Shown one piece after another: positions 7,449 through 15,776 of a stretch of DNA of 25,180 nucleotides. Under the pieces are notes generated by a model that had not been told where the DNA came from, made no database searches, and was given only the letters and a program-made list of their open reading frames with translations. Each line of letters begins with the position of its first letter. Position 1 is the first letter of the stretch. The stretch covers positions 1-25,180 of the forward strand of contig JASBVX010000001.1 of the NCBI GenBank assembly GCA_029960865.1. Reading direction: 5' to 3'. This DNA is from Bacillota bacterium (GTDB taxonomy: Bacteria > Bacillota > Sulfobacillia > RBS10-35). A program made the translations under genes and the position numbers.

Positions 7449-8886
7449 GGAGAAACCTGAGGCCCTTTTGCACCTGGCGGCCCGGAAAGGCCATCTGCCC
7501 CGGAGGGCCCGGATCGGGGTGGCCCTTTCGGGAGGCCGGGATTCGGTAGCCCTGGCCTATGCCGCCCTCCGCCTGGCTCCTAGCTGGGGCTGGGACATCC
7601 TTCTCTTTCACTACGATCACCGCCTGCGCCCTGAGAGCTCGGAGGACGCCGCCTTCGTAAAGGAGCTGGCCCTGAGATGGCGCCTCCCGCTGGTGGTGGG
7701 ACGAGCCCCCCGCCGCAAGGGGAGGCCATGGAACGAAGCCCGGGCCCGTGCCCGCCGCTACTTCTTCCTCCGCCGCCAGGCGAGGCGCCACGGAGTGGAG
7801 GCGCTTCTTTTGGCTCACCACGGAGGGGATCAGGTGGAAACCCTTCTCCTGCGTCTTTTCAGGGGAAGCGGCCCTGATGGAATGGCTGCCATGGCGCCCC
7901 GGCGGGGCCGCTGGGTGCGGCCGTGGCTGACCCTCCTGCCCCAGGAACTGGAAGACTACGCGTGGCGCCACGGGCTTCCCTACCGGGAAGATGCCACCAA
8001 TCGGGACCCTCGTTTTGCCCGCAACCTGGTGCGGCAAAGGATCCTTCCCCTTCTCCCCGCCCTTCACCCCTCCGCTTGGGAAAGCGCCCTGGGCGCCGCC
8101 CGCAGGCTGCGGCGGGAGAGGGCCTTCTGGTACAGGGAAAGCCGGGCGGCCCTTGCGGGGGCGCAGGCCCGAGGGGGGTGGAAGGCGGCGGAGATGGCCG
8201 CCTGGCCTTGGCCCCTTTTTGTCCGGGCCGCACAGCTGATCTATGCACACCTGCGCAAGAAGGAAAGCGTGGCCCGGGGAAGGCTGCTCCTCCTGCGCCC
8301 CCGCCTGGAGGAAAGGCACCTGCGCGCGTGGCGCCTCATGGTGAAGAGGGGAAAACCCCGGGGATGGAGAGGCCCTCGGGGCGTGGGGGTGGTGGTGCGA
8401 AAAGGTATCTTTCGGGGTTGGATTCCCCGGCCAGCGCCTTTGGTACCTCCGCCCCGGACGGTGCCGGTGCCGGGAGAGGTGGCTTGGCCCGGGGGAAGGC
8501 TCCGCGTGCGGCGGGTGGGACGGGATGAGCTGAAGTCGCTCTGGGAGGGCCCTTTCACTTCTCTGGAGGACCGGCACCTTTGCTGGCTGGATGCTCGTAA
8601 AGTGGGTGCGGATAGCCGGCTCCTCCTGCGGGCCCCGCAGCCGGGGGACACCATCCACCCCCTGGGTTCCCCCCAGCGCCGCCGGGTGGTGAGCCTGTTG
8701 CGGCGGGAGGGCATCGCCGCCCACGAGCGGGCCAGGTGGCCCCTTCTGGAGGTGGACGGGAAGATCCTCTGGGTGGTGGGCCTCAGGGCGGCGGAGGTGG
8801 CCCGCATCACTCCGGAGACGGAAGAGGCCCTGGAATTTCGCTGGGTGCCCGCGGAAAGGGACGACCTTTCCGGTATGGTACACTGA
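7447..8886 (+). CDS. tilS: tRNA(Ile)-lysidine synthetase
   Basis: PP-loop LSGGRDS, HYDHRLR, ARARRY, AHHGGDQVET...RGSG, VRPWL, DATN...RNLVR, and C-terminal TilS_C (QPGDTIHP...ERARWPLL..DGKILWVVG). Position between spoIIE and ftsH. Confidence 0.93.
   Translation: MEKPEALLHLAARKGHLPRRARIGVALSGGRDSVALAYAALRLAPSWGWDILLFHYDHRLRPESSEDAAFVKELALRWRLPLVVGRAPRRKGRPWNEARARARRYFFLRRQARRHGVEALLLAHHGGDQVETLLLRLFRGSGPDGMAAMAPRRGRWVRPWLTLLPQELEDYAWRHGLPYREDATNRDPRFARNLVRQRILPLLPALHPSAWESALGAARRLRRERAFWYRESRAALAGAQARGGWKAAEMAAWPWPLFVRAAQLIYAHLRKKESVARGRLLLLRPRLEERHLRAWRLMVKRGKPRGWRGPRGVGVVVRKGIFRGWIPRPAPLVPPPRTVPVPGEVAWPGGRLRVRRVGRDELKSLWEGPFTSLEDRHLCWLDARKVGADSRLLLRAPQPGDTIHPLGSPQRRRVVSLLRREGIAAHERARWPLLEVDGKILWVVGLRAAEVARITPETEEALEFRWVPAERDDLSGMVH
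8852..8884 (+). promoter_or_regulatory. Putative extended -10 promoter for ftsH with an upstream 8-bp inverted repeat
   Basis: TG-G-TACACT at 8876-8884. CGGAAAGG (8852-8859) and CCTTTCCG (8865-8872) flank a 5-nt spacer over the -35/spacer region. Lies in the last codons of tilS. Confidence 0.4.
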
Positions 8887-8936
8887 TCTGAGACAAAAAA
8901 GGAGTGCGCCCTTGAGGCGCCAAAGGAGGAAACTGT

Positions 8937-10757
8937 TTGAACCGTGCGCGCCTTCGCACGGCGCTGGTGTACCTGATCCTGGTCGGTCTGGTGATCTTCC
9001 TTGGAACCTTTCTGGGAAGTCACCCGGCCAAGATAGAAACCTACCCCTACAACGTTTTCATGGAAAAAGTGGACCAGGGGCAGGTGGATTCGGTCCAGGT
9101 GGGTCCCAACGGCATCCAGATCTCAGGAAAGCTTAAAGACGGAACCCTTTTCCAGACGACGGTGCCCAGCGGGGCTCAGTCCAGCACCGTGGAGACCTTG
9201 TTGGCCAAGAACGTCACCATCGTGGCGGAGAAACCCGCCGAAACGCCCTGGTATTTCACCCTTTTGGGGACCCTCTTGCCTGCCCTCTTGGTGATCGGGG
9301 CCTTCATGTACATCATGCAGCAGAATCAGGCGGGAGGTGGCCGGGTCATGCAGTTCGGACGTTCCAGGGCACGCCTCCACGAGCCTTCGGAGAAAGGGCG
9401 GGTCACCTTCGACGATGTGGCCGGCCTGGATGAGGCCAAGGAAGAGCTGGCGGAGATCGTGGATTACCTCAAACATCCCAAACGGTACAGCCAGCTGGGA
9501 GCTCGCATTCCCAAGGGTGTCCTTCTCTATGGCCCTCCCGGCACGGGCAAGACCCTCCTGGGAAGGGCCGTCGCGGGAGAAGCAGGGGTGCCCTTTTTCT
9601 CCATCAGCGGGTCCGATTTCGTGGAGATGTTCGTAGGGGTGGGGGCATCCCGGGTCAGGGATCTTTTCGACAACGCCAAAAAGAATGCGCCTTGCATCGT
9701 TTTCATCGATGAGATCGATGCGGTGGGCCGGCAGCGGGGCGCGGGGTATGGCGGGGGCCATGACGAGCGGGAACAGACCTTGAACCAGCTGCTGGTGGAG
9801 ATGGACGGGTTTGCCCCCAACGAGGGGATCATCGTCATGGCGGCCACCAACCGCCCCGACGTCTTGGATCCGGCTCTGCTGCGCCCTGGCCGTTTCGATC
9901 GCCAGATCGTGGTGGATCGCCCCGATGTGAAGGGGCGGGAGGCCATCTTGAAAGTCCATATGCGCAACAAGCCGGTGGCCGCCGATGTGGATCCTGTGGT
10001 CCTGGCCCGGCGGACGCCGGGATTCACCGGGGCCGACCTGGAGAACATGGTGAACGAAGCGGCCCTCCTGGCAGCCCGCCGGCAGGAGAGATCCATCTCC
10101 ATGGAAGTGATGGAAGAGGCCATCGACCGGATCGTCGCCGGGGGGCCGGCCCGAAAGAGCCGCGTTATTTCCGAGAAGGAGAAGGAGATCGTGGCCTACC
10201 ACGAGGCGGGCCACGCCCTGGTGGGGAAGCTGCTTCCCGATATGGACCCTATCCACAAGGTGACCATCATCCCCCGGGGGCCGGCCCTGGGCGTGACGAT
10301 GCAGCTCCCCATCGAGGATCGCTACCTCATCACCCGGCAGGAGGTCCTCAACCAGGTGACCTATGCCCTGGGTGGCCGGGCGGCGGAGGAGCTGGTTTTC
10401 GGGGAAGTCACCAGCGGAGCCAGCAACGATATGGAGCGGGCTACCCAGCTGGTGCGGCGGATGATTACCGAATGGGGCATGAGCGAGAAACTGGGCCCCA
10501 TCACGTACGGCAACCGCCTCGATACGCCCTTCCTGGGAAGGGATATTGCCCGGGACCGGAGCTATTCCGAGGAAGTGGCGGCCGCCATCGACGAAGAGAT
10601 CGCCGAGACGATCCACAAGTGCTACGACAAGGCGAAGGAGATCCTGAAGGAACATCGGCCGCAGCTGGAGGCCTTGGCCAAGCGGCTTCTGGAAAAGGAG
10701 ACGGTGGAAGGCCCCGAACTGGATGAGATCCTGAAGGAGAAGGTGCAGGCCAGTTGA
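8937..10757 (+). CDS. ftsH: ATP-dependent zinc metalloprotease FtsH
   Basis: Two N-terminal TMs, Walker A GPPGTGKT, Walker [33 protein letters not shown], zinc motif [16 protein letters not shown] start with AAAGGAGG. Confidence 0.98.
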   Translation: MNRARLRTALVYLILVGLVIFLGTFLGSHPAKIETYPYNVFMEKVDQGQVDSVQVGPNGIQISGKLKDGTLFQTTVPSGAQSSTVETLLAKNVTIVAEKPAETPWYFTLLGTLLPALLVIGAFMYIMQQNQAGGGRVMQFGRSRARLHEPSEKGRVTFDDVAGLDEAKEELAEIVDYLKHPKRYSQLGARIPKGVLLYGPPGTGKTLLGRAVAGEAGVPFFSISGSDFVEMFVGVGASRVRDLFDNAKKNAPCIVFIDEIDAVGRQRGAGYGGGHDEREQTLNQLLVEMDGFAPNEGIIVMAATNRPDVLDPALLRPGRFDRQIVVDRPDVKGREAILKVHMRNKPVAADVDPVVLARRTPGFTGADLENMVNEAALLAARRQERSISMEVMEEAIDRIVAGGPARKSRVISEKEKEIVAYHEAGHALVGKLLPDMDPIHKVTIIPRGPALGVTMQLPIEDRYLITRQEVLNQVTYALGGRAAEELVFGEVTSGASNDMERATQLVRRMITEWGMSEKLGPITYGNRLDTPFLGRDIARDRSYSEEVAAAIDEEIAETIHKCYDKAKEILKEHRPQLEALAKRLLEKETVEGPELDEILKEKVQAS

Positions 10758-11953
10758 GGGGAACATTCTTTCCCCTTCCCGGCCGGCTAGCCCTGCGCTT
10801 CTCCATCCATTACCTTTTGCCCCTGGAGGAGGTCCCGCCGCAGGGCCTTTTACTCTGGCCCCGCATGATGATGCGGGGCTGTTCTTCTTTTCCAAGCCGG
10901 CGACACGTCCAGGGGCGGCTGGACGAGCTGGAGGGGGCGTCCCTTTGGCCTGCCATCCGCTGGTGGCGCCATCTGGCGGCTGTGGGTCTGGAAGGGGAAG
11001 GAGTGCCCGGCTTCGGCGGGGATCGGTTCCTTCACCTCTTGCGGTGCATGCTGGAGGAGCCCCTCTTCCAGCCTGGATCTTTGGAAGAGGAGAAACGTCA
11101 TGTCCTGCGGGATTTGGCGGGGCTCCGGGACGATAAGGAGGCTTACCTCTGGTACCGGGTGCGGGAAAAGATGGCCCGGGGAGAGCCCTGGGGCCTTCCC
11201 TTGGAGGAGGCCTCCCGCCTGGTGCAGGCAACGAGCCGCGCTGATCTGGAGGATTTTCACGGCCGTTTGCTGCGAGAAGGGCGGCTTTTCGTGGTGGTGG
11301 CAGGGGAAGGGGCGGAGCCCTTCTTTGCCTCCCTTTCTGGGGCGTTGCCCCGGGGAAAGGATGCCCCTTTGCCTGTCCTGGACCCTTTGCCCCTGGATGT
11401 GGAACCGCAGGAACTGACGGAAGAAGGGGACGGGGAGGAGGGGAGGGTCGTCATGGTTTACCGCAGCGGGGCTTCCTGGGGTAGCCGGGAAGGGTACCTC
11501 CTGAAGCTCCTCCATCACCTCCTGGGATCTTCCCCGTCCTCGAGGCTTTTCCAGGCGGTGCGGGAGGAAAAAGGGTGGTCCTACGCCGTGGGATCCCGCT
11601 TGGACGCTGCGCTGGGAACCCTTTCCCTGGAGGCGACGGTGGAAAAGGAGCGCCTCCTACAGGTAGAAGACATCATGGTGAAAGAGCTGGAAGCGTTGCT
11701 GAGAGGAAGGATCGCGGAGGAGGCCTGGGCCTCCGCCGTCAGCTTGCGACGGGATGAACTCCGCTATGAGAGGGAGGACCTTGCTGCCCTCCTGGAAGAG
11801 GCCTTGCTGGCCTTCGTCTCGGGGAACGCTTACCGGCCGCAAGAGGAAGAAGAAACCTTGGCGCAGGTCCGCCCCGAGGAGGTAGTCACCCTCGCTGCCC
11901 GGTTGCGGCTGGATACCCTCTACCGTCTCCTTCCCGGGAGGGCAAGGCCATGA
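10754..11953 (+). CDS. ymfF: M16 peptidase-like protein lacking HxxEH (YmfF type)
   Basis: MRGCSSFPS...LDELEGA, EEEKR...DDKEAY and [23 protein letters not shown] resemble B. subtilis YmfF. No inverted zinc motif. TTGA overlap with the ftsH stop. Confidence 0.72.
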   Translation: MRGTFFPLPGRLALRFSIHYLLPLEEVPPQGLLLWPRMMMRGCSSFPSRRHVQGRLDELEGASLWPAIRWWRHLAAVGLEGEGVPGFGGDRFLHLLRCMLEEPLFQPGSLEEEKRHVLRDLAGLRDDKEAYLWYRVREKMARGEPWGLPLEEASRLVQATSRADLEDFHGRLLREGRLFVVVAGEGAEPFFASLSGALPRGKDAPLPVLDPLPLDVEPQELTEEGDGEEGRVVMVYRSGASWGSREGYLLKLLHHLLGSSPSSRLFQAVREEKGWSYAVGSRLDAALGTLSLEATVEKERLLQVEDIMVKELEALLRGRIAEEAWASAVSLRRDELRYEREDLAALLEEALLAFVSGNAYRPQEEEETLAQVRPEEVVTLAARLRLDTLYRLLPGRARP

Positions 11954-13212
11954 ACCCCGGCCACTGGGTGGATCTCCCTTGGGGTGAGCGGGTTTGGCTG
12001 GGGCGGGTAGAGGGAGGGCCCCTCCTTTGCCTTCTGCCCCGAAGGCGGGTGGGGACTGCATGGCAATGGACCGTCCCCCTTCCCGGACGGTTGGAAAAGG
12101 TGAGGGCGGGAGGGGAAGTCTTCCCGGTACCTCAGGGGACTCCCCATGTTCTGGAGCATCTTCTCTTTCAAAAAGCAGAGGGCGACTTCAGTCTGGAGCT
12201 GGCCCGGCTGGGCGTGGAAGCCAACGCCTTCACCACCGATGACTACACCGCCTTTTACGCAACAGGATCGGCGCCCGCCCGGGAGGTGCTGCCCCTTCTC
12301 TTTTCCCTAGTCCTGGAGGCTTCATTCACCGCAGACGACGTCGCCCTGGAGAAGCTCATCATCGCCCGGGAGCTGGCCCTGGACCGGGATGATCCCGATC
12401 ATTGGCGAGAAAGGGCCTTGCGGGAGGCTCTCTTTGTCAGTCCCCATCTCAAGGGCGATCTTCTGGGGTCCAGGGAATCCCTGGACCAGGTTCATTTCTC
12501 CCTCTTGCAGCGCCTGCATCGCCTCTTCTACCCACCGTCCCGGGGCATCCTGGTGGGGGTAGGCCCGTTGGAACCGGAGAAAGTGAGCGAGGCGGCAGCT
12601 TCCTTGCTGACCTCCTTTTCCTGGCCCCAGGAAGAGGCAGAGATCATCCTCTCGCCCGAGCCCAAGATCCTCCCCGTCTCTGCGCTGGAAGGTTCCGGCG
12701 GGTCGGTTCACCCCTGGGCGGCTCTCGCCTGGAAGGGGGAGCCTCTGGACCTGGCGGCCGGCCTCCTGACGGCGGTGGCCTTAGAAGCCCTCCTGGGACG
12801 GAGCAGCCGCTGGCGGGAAGAAGCGGAGGCCGAGGGTGCGGTAGACCCGACCCTGGCCTATGGCTGGGGCGGAGGGCGGAGATATCCCTACCTGGTGGTG
12901 GAAGGAGAGACGGAGGATCCCCATCGCTGGTTTCAGGCGGTGGAAGAGGGTCTTGGGGGCCGGCTTTTTCAGGAAGAGGTCCGGCGGGCGGCGGAAAAGA
13001 TCAGGGGGCGCCTCCTCCGCTCCTTCGACTCCCAGGAGGAGGCTGCGTCCCATCTGTCGGAATCCTTGTATTACGGGGACGATCCTGGAGCCTTTTGGGA
13101 TCTTTTACAGGGAGCCGGGCCGGAAGAAGTGGCAGGCCTCTTTCACCGCGTTTTGGCCGGTCCTGGGGCGCGGGTCATCCAGTGGCCGCAGAGGAAGGGC
13201 GGGCAGCCATGA
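11950..13212 (+). CDS. ymfH: M16 family zinc peptidase (YmfH type)
   Basis: PQGTPHVLEHLLF (HxxEH), GVEANAFTT..YTAFY, EKLIIAREL. ATGA overlap with the upstream ymfF-like gene. Confidence 0.75.
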   Translation: MNPGHWVDLPWGERVWLGRVEGGPLLCLLPRRRVGTAWQWTVPLPGRLEKVRAGGEVFPVPQGTPHVLEHLLFQKAEGDFSLELARLGVEANAFTTDDYTAFYATGSAPAREVLPLLFSLVLEASFTADDVALEKLIIARELALDRDDPDHWRERALREALFVSPHLKGDLLGSRESLDQVHFSLLQRLHRLFYPPSRGILVGVGPLEPEKVSEAAASLLTSFSWPQEEAEIILSPEPKILPVSALEGSGGSVHPWAALAWKGEPLDLAAGLLTAVALEALLGRSSRWREEAEAEGAVDPTLAYGWGGGRRYPYLVVEGETEDPHRWFQAVEEGLGGRLFQEEVRRAAEKIRGRLLRSFDSQEEAASHLSESLYYGDDPGAFWDLLQGAGPEEVAGLFHRVLAGPGARVIQWPQRKGGQP

Positions 13213-14714
13213 CGGCAGTGCGGGTGGATGGTCTTCATCTCACCAAGGAAGCAGTGTGGCAGGTGGCGGTGGAGGGGGCACCGGCTTTTTTGGCTCCTGA
13301 GGCGGAAGAGCGGATGGCCCGGAGCCACCGGCTGCTCCAGGACCTCATGAGGGAAGACCGCCCCATCTATGGCATCAACACCGGCTTTGGAGCCCTGGCG
13401 CAAAAGGCCATCTCGCCGGAGAAGTGGGGAGAGCTGCAACGGAACCTGGTCCGGAGCCATGCGGCGGGGGTGGGATCCCCCCTTTCCAGGGAGGAAGTGC
13501 GGGCTTTTCTCCTGCTGCGGGCTCAGGCCTTGGCCCGGGGTTATTCCGGGGTGCGGCCCCGGCTGGCGGCCTTTCTCCTGGATATGCTCAACCGGGGCGT
13601 TCATCCGGTGGTGCCCTCCCGGGGATCCCTGGGGGCCAGCGGCGATCTGGCCCCTCTGGCCCATCTGGCCTTGGTGGTGCTGGGCGAAGGGGAGGCGGAA
13701 TGGCGGGGGGAGATCTTGCCCGGCGGGGAAGCCCTTTCCCGGGCGGGTCTAGAGCCGCTGAACCTGGGTCCCAAGGAAGGGTTGGCCCTCATCAACGGCA
13801 CCCAGGCCATGACGGCCCTGGGCATCTTGAGCCTGGTGCGCTCCCTGCACCTGGCCCGCCTCTCCGACCTGCTCCTGGCCCTTTCCCTGGAGGCCATGGG
13901 GGGGCGTGCGGAGCCGTTTCGGCCTGAGGTGCAAGAGGTGAGAGGCCACCGGGGGCAACGAGAGAGCGCCGCCCGGGTTCTGGCCTTCTTGGAGGGCAGC
14001 CGCCTTCTGGGGCAGGCGGGCCGAGTCCAGGACGCCTATGCCCTTCGCTGCGGAGCCGTTGTCCATGGAGCCAGCTGGCAAGCTCTATACCACGTGGAGG
14101 ACGTCCTCACCACCGAGATGCAGGCGGCCACCGACAATCCTCTGGTGTTTCCAGAGCTGGGTGAGGTCATATCGGCCGGCAATTTCCATGGCCAGCCGCT
14201 GGCTTTGGCCCTGGACTACCTGGCCATGGCGGTGGCGGAACTGGGAAACATCTCGGAACGGCGCCTCTTCCGCCTCCTGGATCCCCATTTGTCGGGCCTG
14301 CCTCCCTTCTTGACCCCCAGGGAAGAAGGGCTGCACTCGGGCTTGATGATCCTCCAGTACACCGCCGCCTCCTTGGTGGCGGAAAATAAGATCCTCTGCA
14401 CCCCCGCCAGCGTCGATTCCATCCCTTCCTCAGCCAATCAGGAGGACCACGTGAGCATGGGGATGACGGCGGCCCTCAAAGGGGCCCAGGTGGTGGAAAA
14501 CACCGCCCGCATCCTGGCCATGGAGCTGGTGGCGGCGGTGCAGGCGCTGGCCTTCCATCCGGAAACCCTCTGGTCGCCGGTGGGCCGGGAGGTGCACCGG
14601 GAACTGCGGGAACGGATACCGCCCCTGGAGGAGGATCGTTCCCTGGGAGGGGAAGTGGAGGCGTTGGCTCGCGACATCCTGCAGCTGAAGTTTCCTCGGA
14701 AGGCCCTTCCCTGA
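13209..14714 (+). CDS. hutH: Histidine ammonia-lyase
   Basis: IYGINTGFG, LQRNLVRSHAAGVG (the SH signature favours HAL over PAL/TAL), MIO triad GASGDLAPL, KEGLALINGTQ, QDAYALRC, DNP, GNFHG, NQEDHVSM. The start is ATG 13209 (ATGA overlap); the 12402 extension in the ORF track is an overlap artefact. Confidence 0.93.
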   Translation: MTAVRVDGLHLTKEAVWQVAVEGAPAFLAPEAEERMARSHRLLQDLMREDRPIYGINTGFGALAQKAISPEKWGELQRNLVRSHAAGVGSPLSREEVRAFLLLRAQALARGYSGVRPRLAAFLLDMLNRGVHPVVPSRGSLGASGDLAPLAHLALVVLGEGEAEWRGEILPGGEALSRAGLEPLNLGPKEGLALINGTQAMTALGILSLVRSLHLARLSDLLLALSLEAMGGRAEPFRPEVQEVRGHRGQRESAARVLAFLEGSRLLGQAGRVQDAYALRCGAVVHGASWQALYHVEDVLTTEMQAATDNPLVFPELGEVISAGNFHGQPLALALDYLAMAVAELGNISERRLFRLLDPHLSGLPPFLTPREEGLHSGLMILQYTAASLVAENKILCTPASVDSIPSSANQEDHVSMGMTAALKGAQVVENTARILAMELVAAVQALAFHPETLWSPVGREVHRELRERIPPLEEDRSLGGEVEALARDILQLKFPRKALP

Positions 14715-14771
14715 GGGCCGGTCCCTTCATCTTTTCACCCCCCCGGGAATAGCGTCCTTTGGGGTGGCAGC

Positions 14772-15776
14772 GTGCGCAGGCTCTTCTTCCTTCTCATGCT
14801 CCTGGCGGGGGTCGTCCTCCTGGCCCTGATCCTCGTGCGCCCGGTGGAAGAATACCGGGCGGAAACCTGGGCCCTCTGGCCCGAAAGCCAGGGGCCGCCG
14901 GCCACCTTCACCGTTGACGAGAACGGGCGCGTCGTGGTGGTGCCCCGTTCGGGGGATCGCTTCTACAAGCTTTCCCCTTCCCGGGGCCGCTGGCAGGAAG
15001 TGACCCTGAAGACCGCCGACGGTTTTTCTCCTTGGGTTGCCCACCTCACCAGCGACGGAGCCGGAGGTTTTTTCGCCGTCGATCAGGGGGGGAGCCTTCT
15101 GTGGCGCATCGGCCCTGACGGGACGACCCTCCTTTACTTTCAGGCTCCGTCCCAAGGCGAGAAATGGCTGATCCAGGGGGTGGCGGTGGACCCGAAGGGC
15201 CAGGCCTTTTTGGATATGGTGCGCCTTCTCCCGCAAGCGTACGCCCGGGAAATCGTCCGCCTGGAAGAGAACCCGAAAGAGTTCACGGTGGTGGCCCGGG
15301 TCCTTCTGGATGAAGAGGGGTGGCATCTGGAGGGGGAGAGCCAAGAAGCTCCTCCCGGCACCCTCTCCCTTTCCCCTACCGGCCAGATCTTCTTCCTGGA
15401 TCCGAAAGAGAGCGATATGTCCCTTTCCATCCGAGTCCTGGCCCCCGGAAAGAAACCGGGCACCATCCGGGTCGATAGCCTGGACCGGCTGGGGCGGGTC
15501 GAAGTGGTGGGAAACGATGACAGGGGCTACGTCTACATAGGCCTCAATTTGGGAAGCCAGGACGGGAGCATCCTCAAGGTATCGCCGGAAGGAAAGGCAA
15601 TCTGGGCCTTGCCCCTGCCCATGGCGCCAGATCATCCTGCTCTCCAGCGTTATGCGCAAGTGGACGGTCGCGGTAACCTATATGTGATGCGCCCGGGAGA
15701 AGGCGGTTTTGAGATCCGTTTCTACCGCCTGGTAAAGCGTTACGCCTGGCGCTGGATGGAAAGGACGGGCTCATGA
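14772..15776 (+). CDS. Membrane-anchored or secreted beta-propeller protein (NHL/SMP-30-like repeats), function unknown
   Basis: N-terminal hydrophobic segment (RRLFFLLMLLAGVVLLALILV). Repeated blade-like motifs: VDENGRVVVV, SDGAGGFFAVD, VAVDPKGQAFLD, LSPTGQIFFLD, NDDRGYVYIG, VDGRGNLYVM. Confidence 0.65.
   Translation: MRRLFFLLMLLAGVVLLALILVRPVEEYRAETWALWPESQGPPATFTVDENGRVVVVPRSGDRFYKLSPSRGRWQEVTLKTADGFSPWVAHLTSDGAGGFFAVDQGGSLLWRIGPDGTTLLYFQAPSQGEKWLIQGVAVDPKGQAFLDMVRLLPQAYAREIVRLEENPKEFTVVARVLLDEEGWHLEGESQEAPPGTLSLSPTGQIFFLDPKESDMSLSIRVLAPGKKPGTIRVDSLDRLGRVEVVGNDDRGYVYIGLNLGSQDGSILKVSPEGKAIWALPLPMAPDHPALQRYAQVDGRGNLYVMRPGEGGFEIRFYRLVKRYAWRWMERTGS

Noticed and set aside
6991-8883. 630-aa antisense ORF opposite tilS and the spoIIE 3' end
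   Set aside because: Pro/Arg/Gly-rich low-information translation typical of high-GC off-frames.
8895-8921. GCGCC-CTTGA-GGCGC hairpin next to an A6 run as a terminator
   Set aside because: The stem is only 5 bp, and the U-tract would be on the minus strand and separated from the stem, where no gene needs terminating.
9123-11231. 702-aa antisense ORF opposite ftsH
   Set aside because: Shadow ORF expected from GC-rich codon bias in a highly conserved gene; no recognisable motifs or RBS.
12402-13208. 269-aa in-frame extension upstream of hutH, suggesting a fusion or a YmfH-HutH frameshift product
   Set aside because: It fully overlaps ymfH in another frame with off-frame composition. hutH has a clean ATGA-coupled start at 13209, and I saw no slippery site.
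14748-14754. C7 homopolymer in the hutH-propeller spacer (another C7 at 16084-16090) as a phase-variation tract
   Set aside because: Runs of this length are expected at this GC content.
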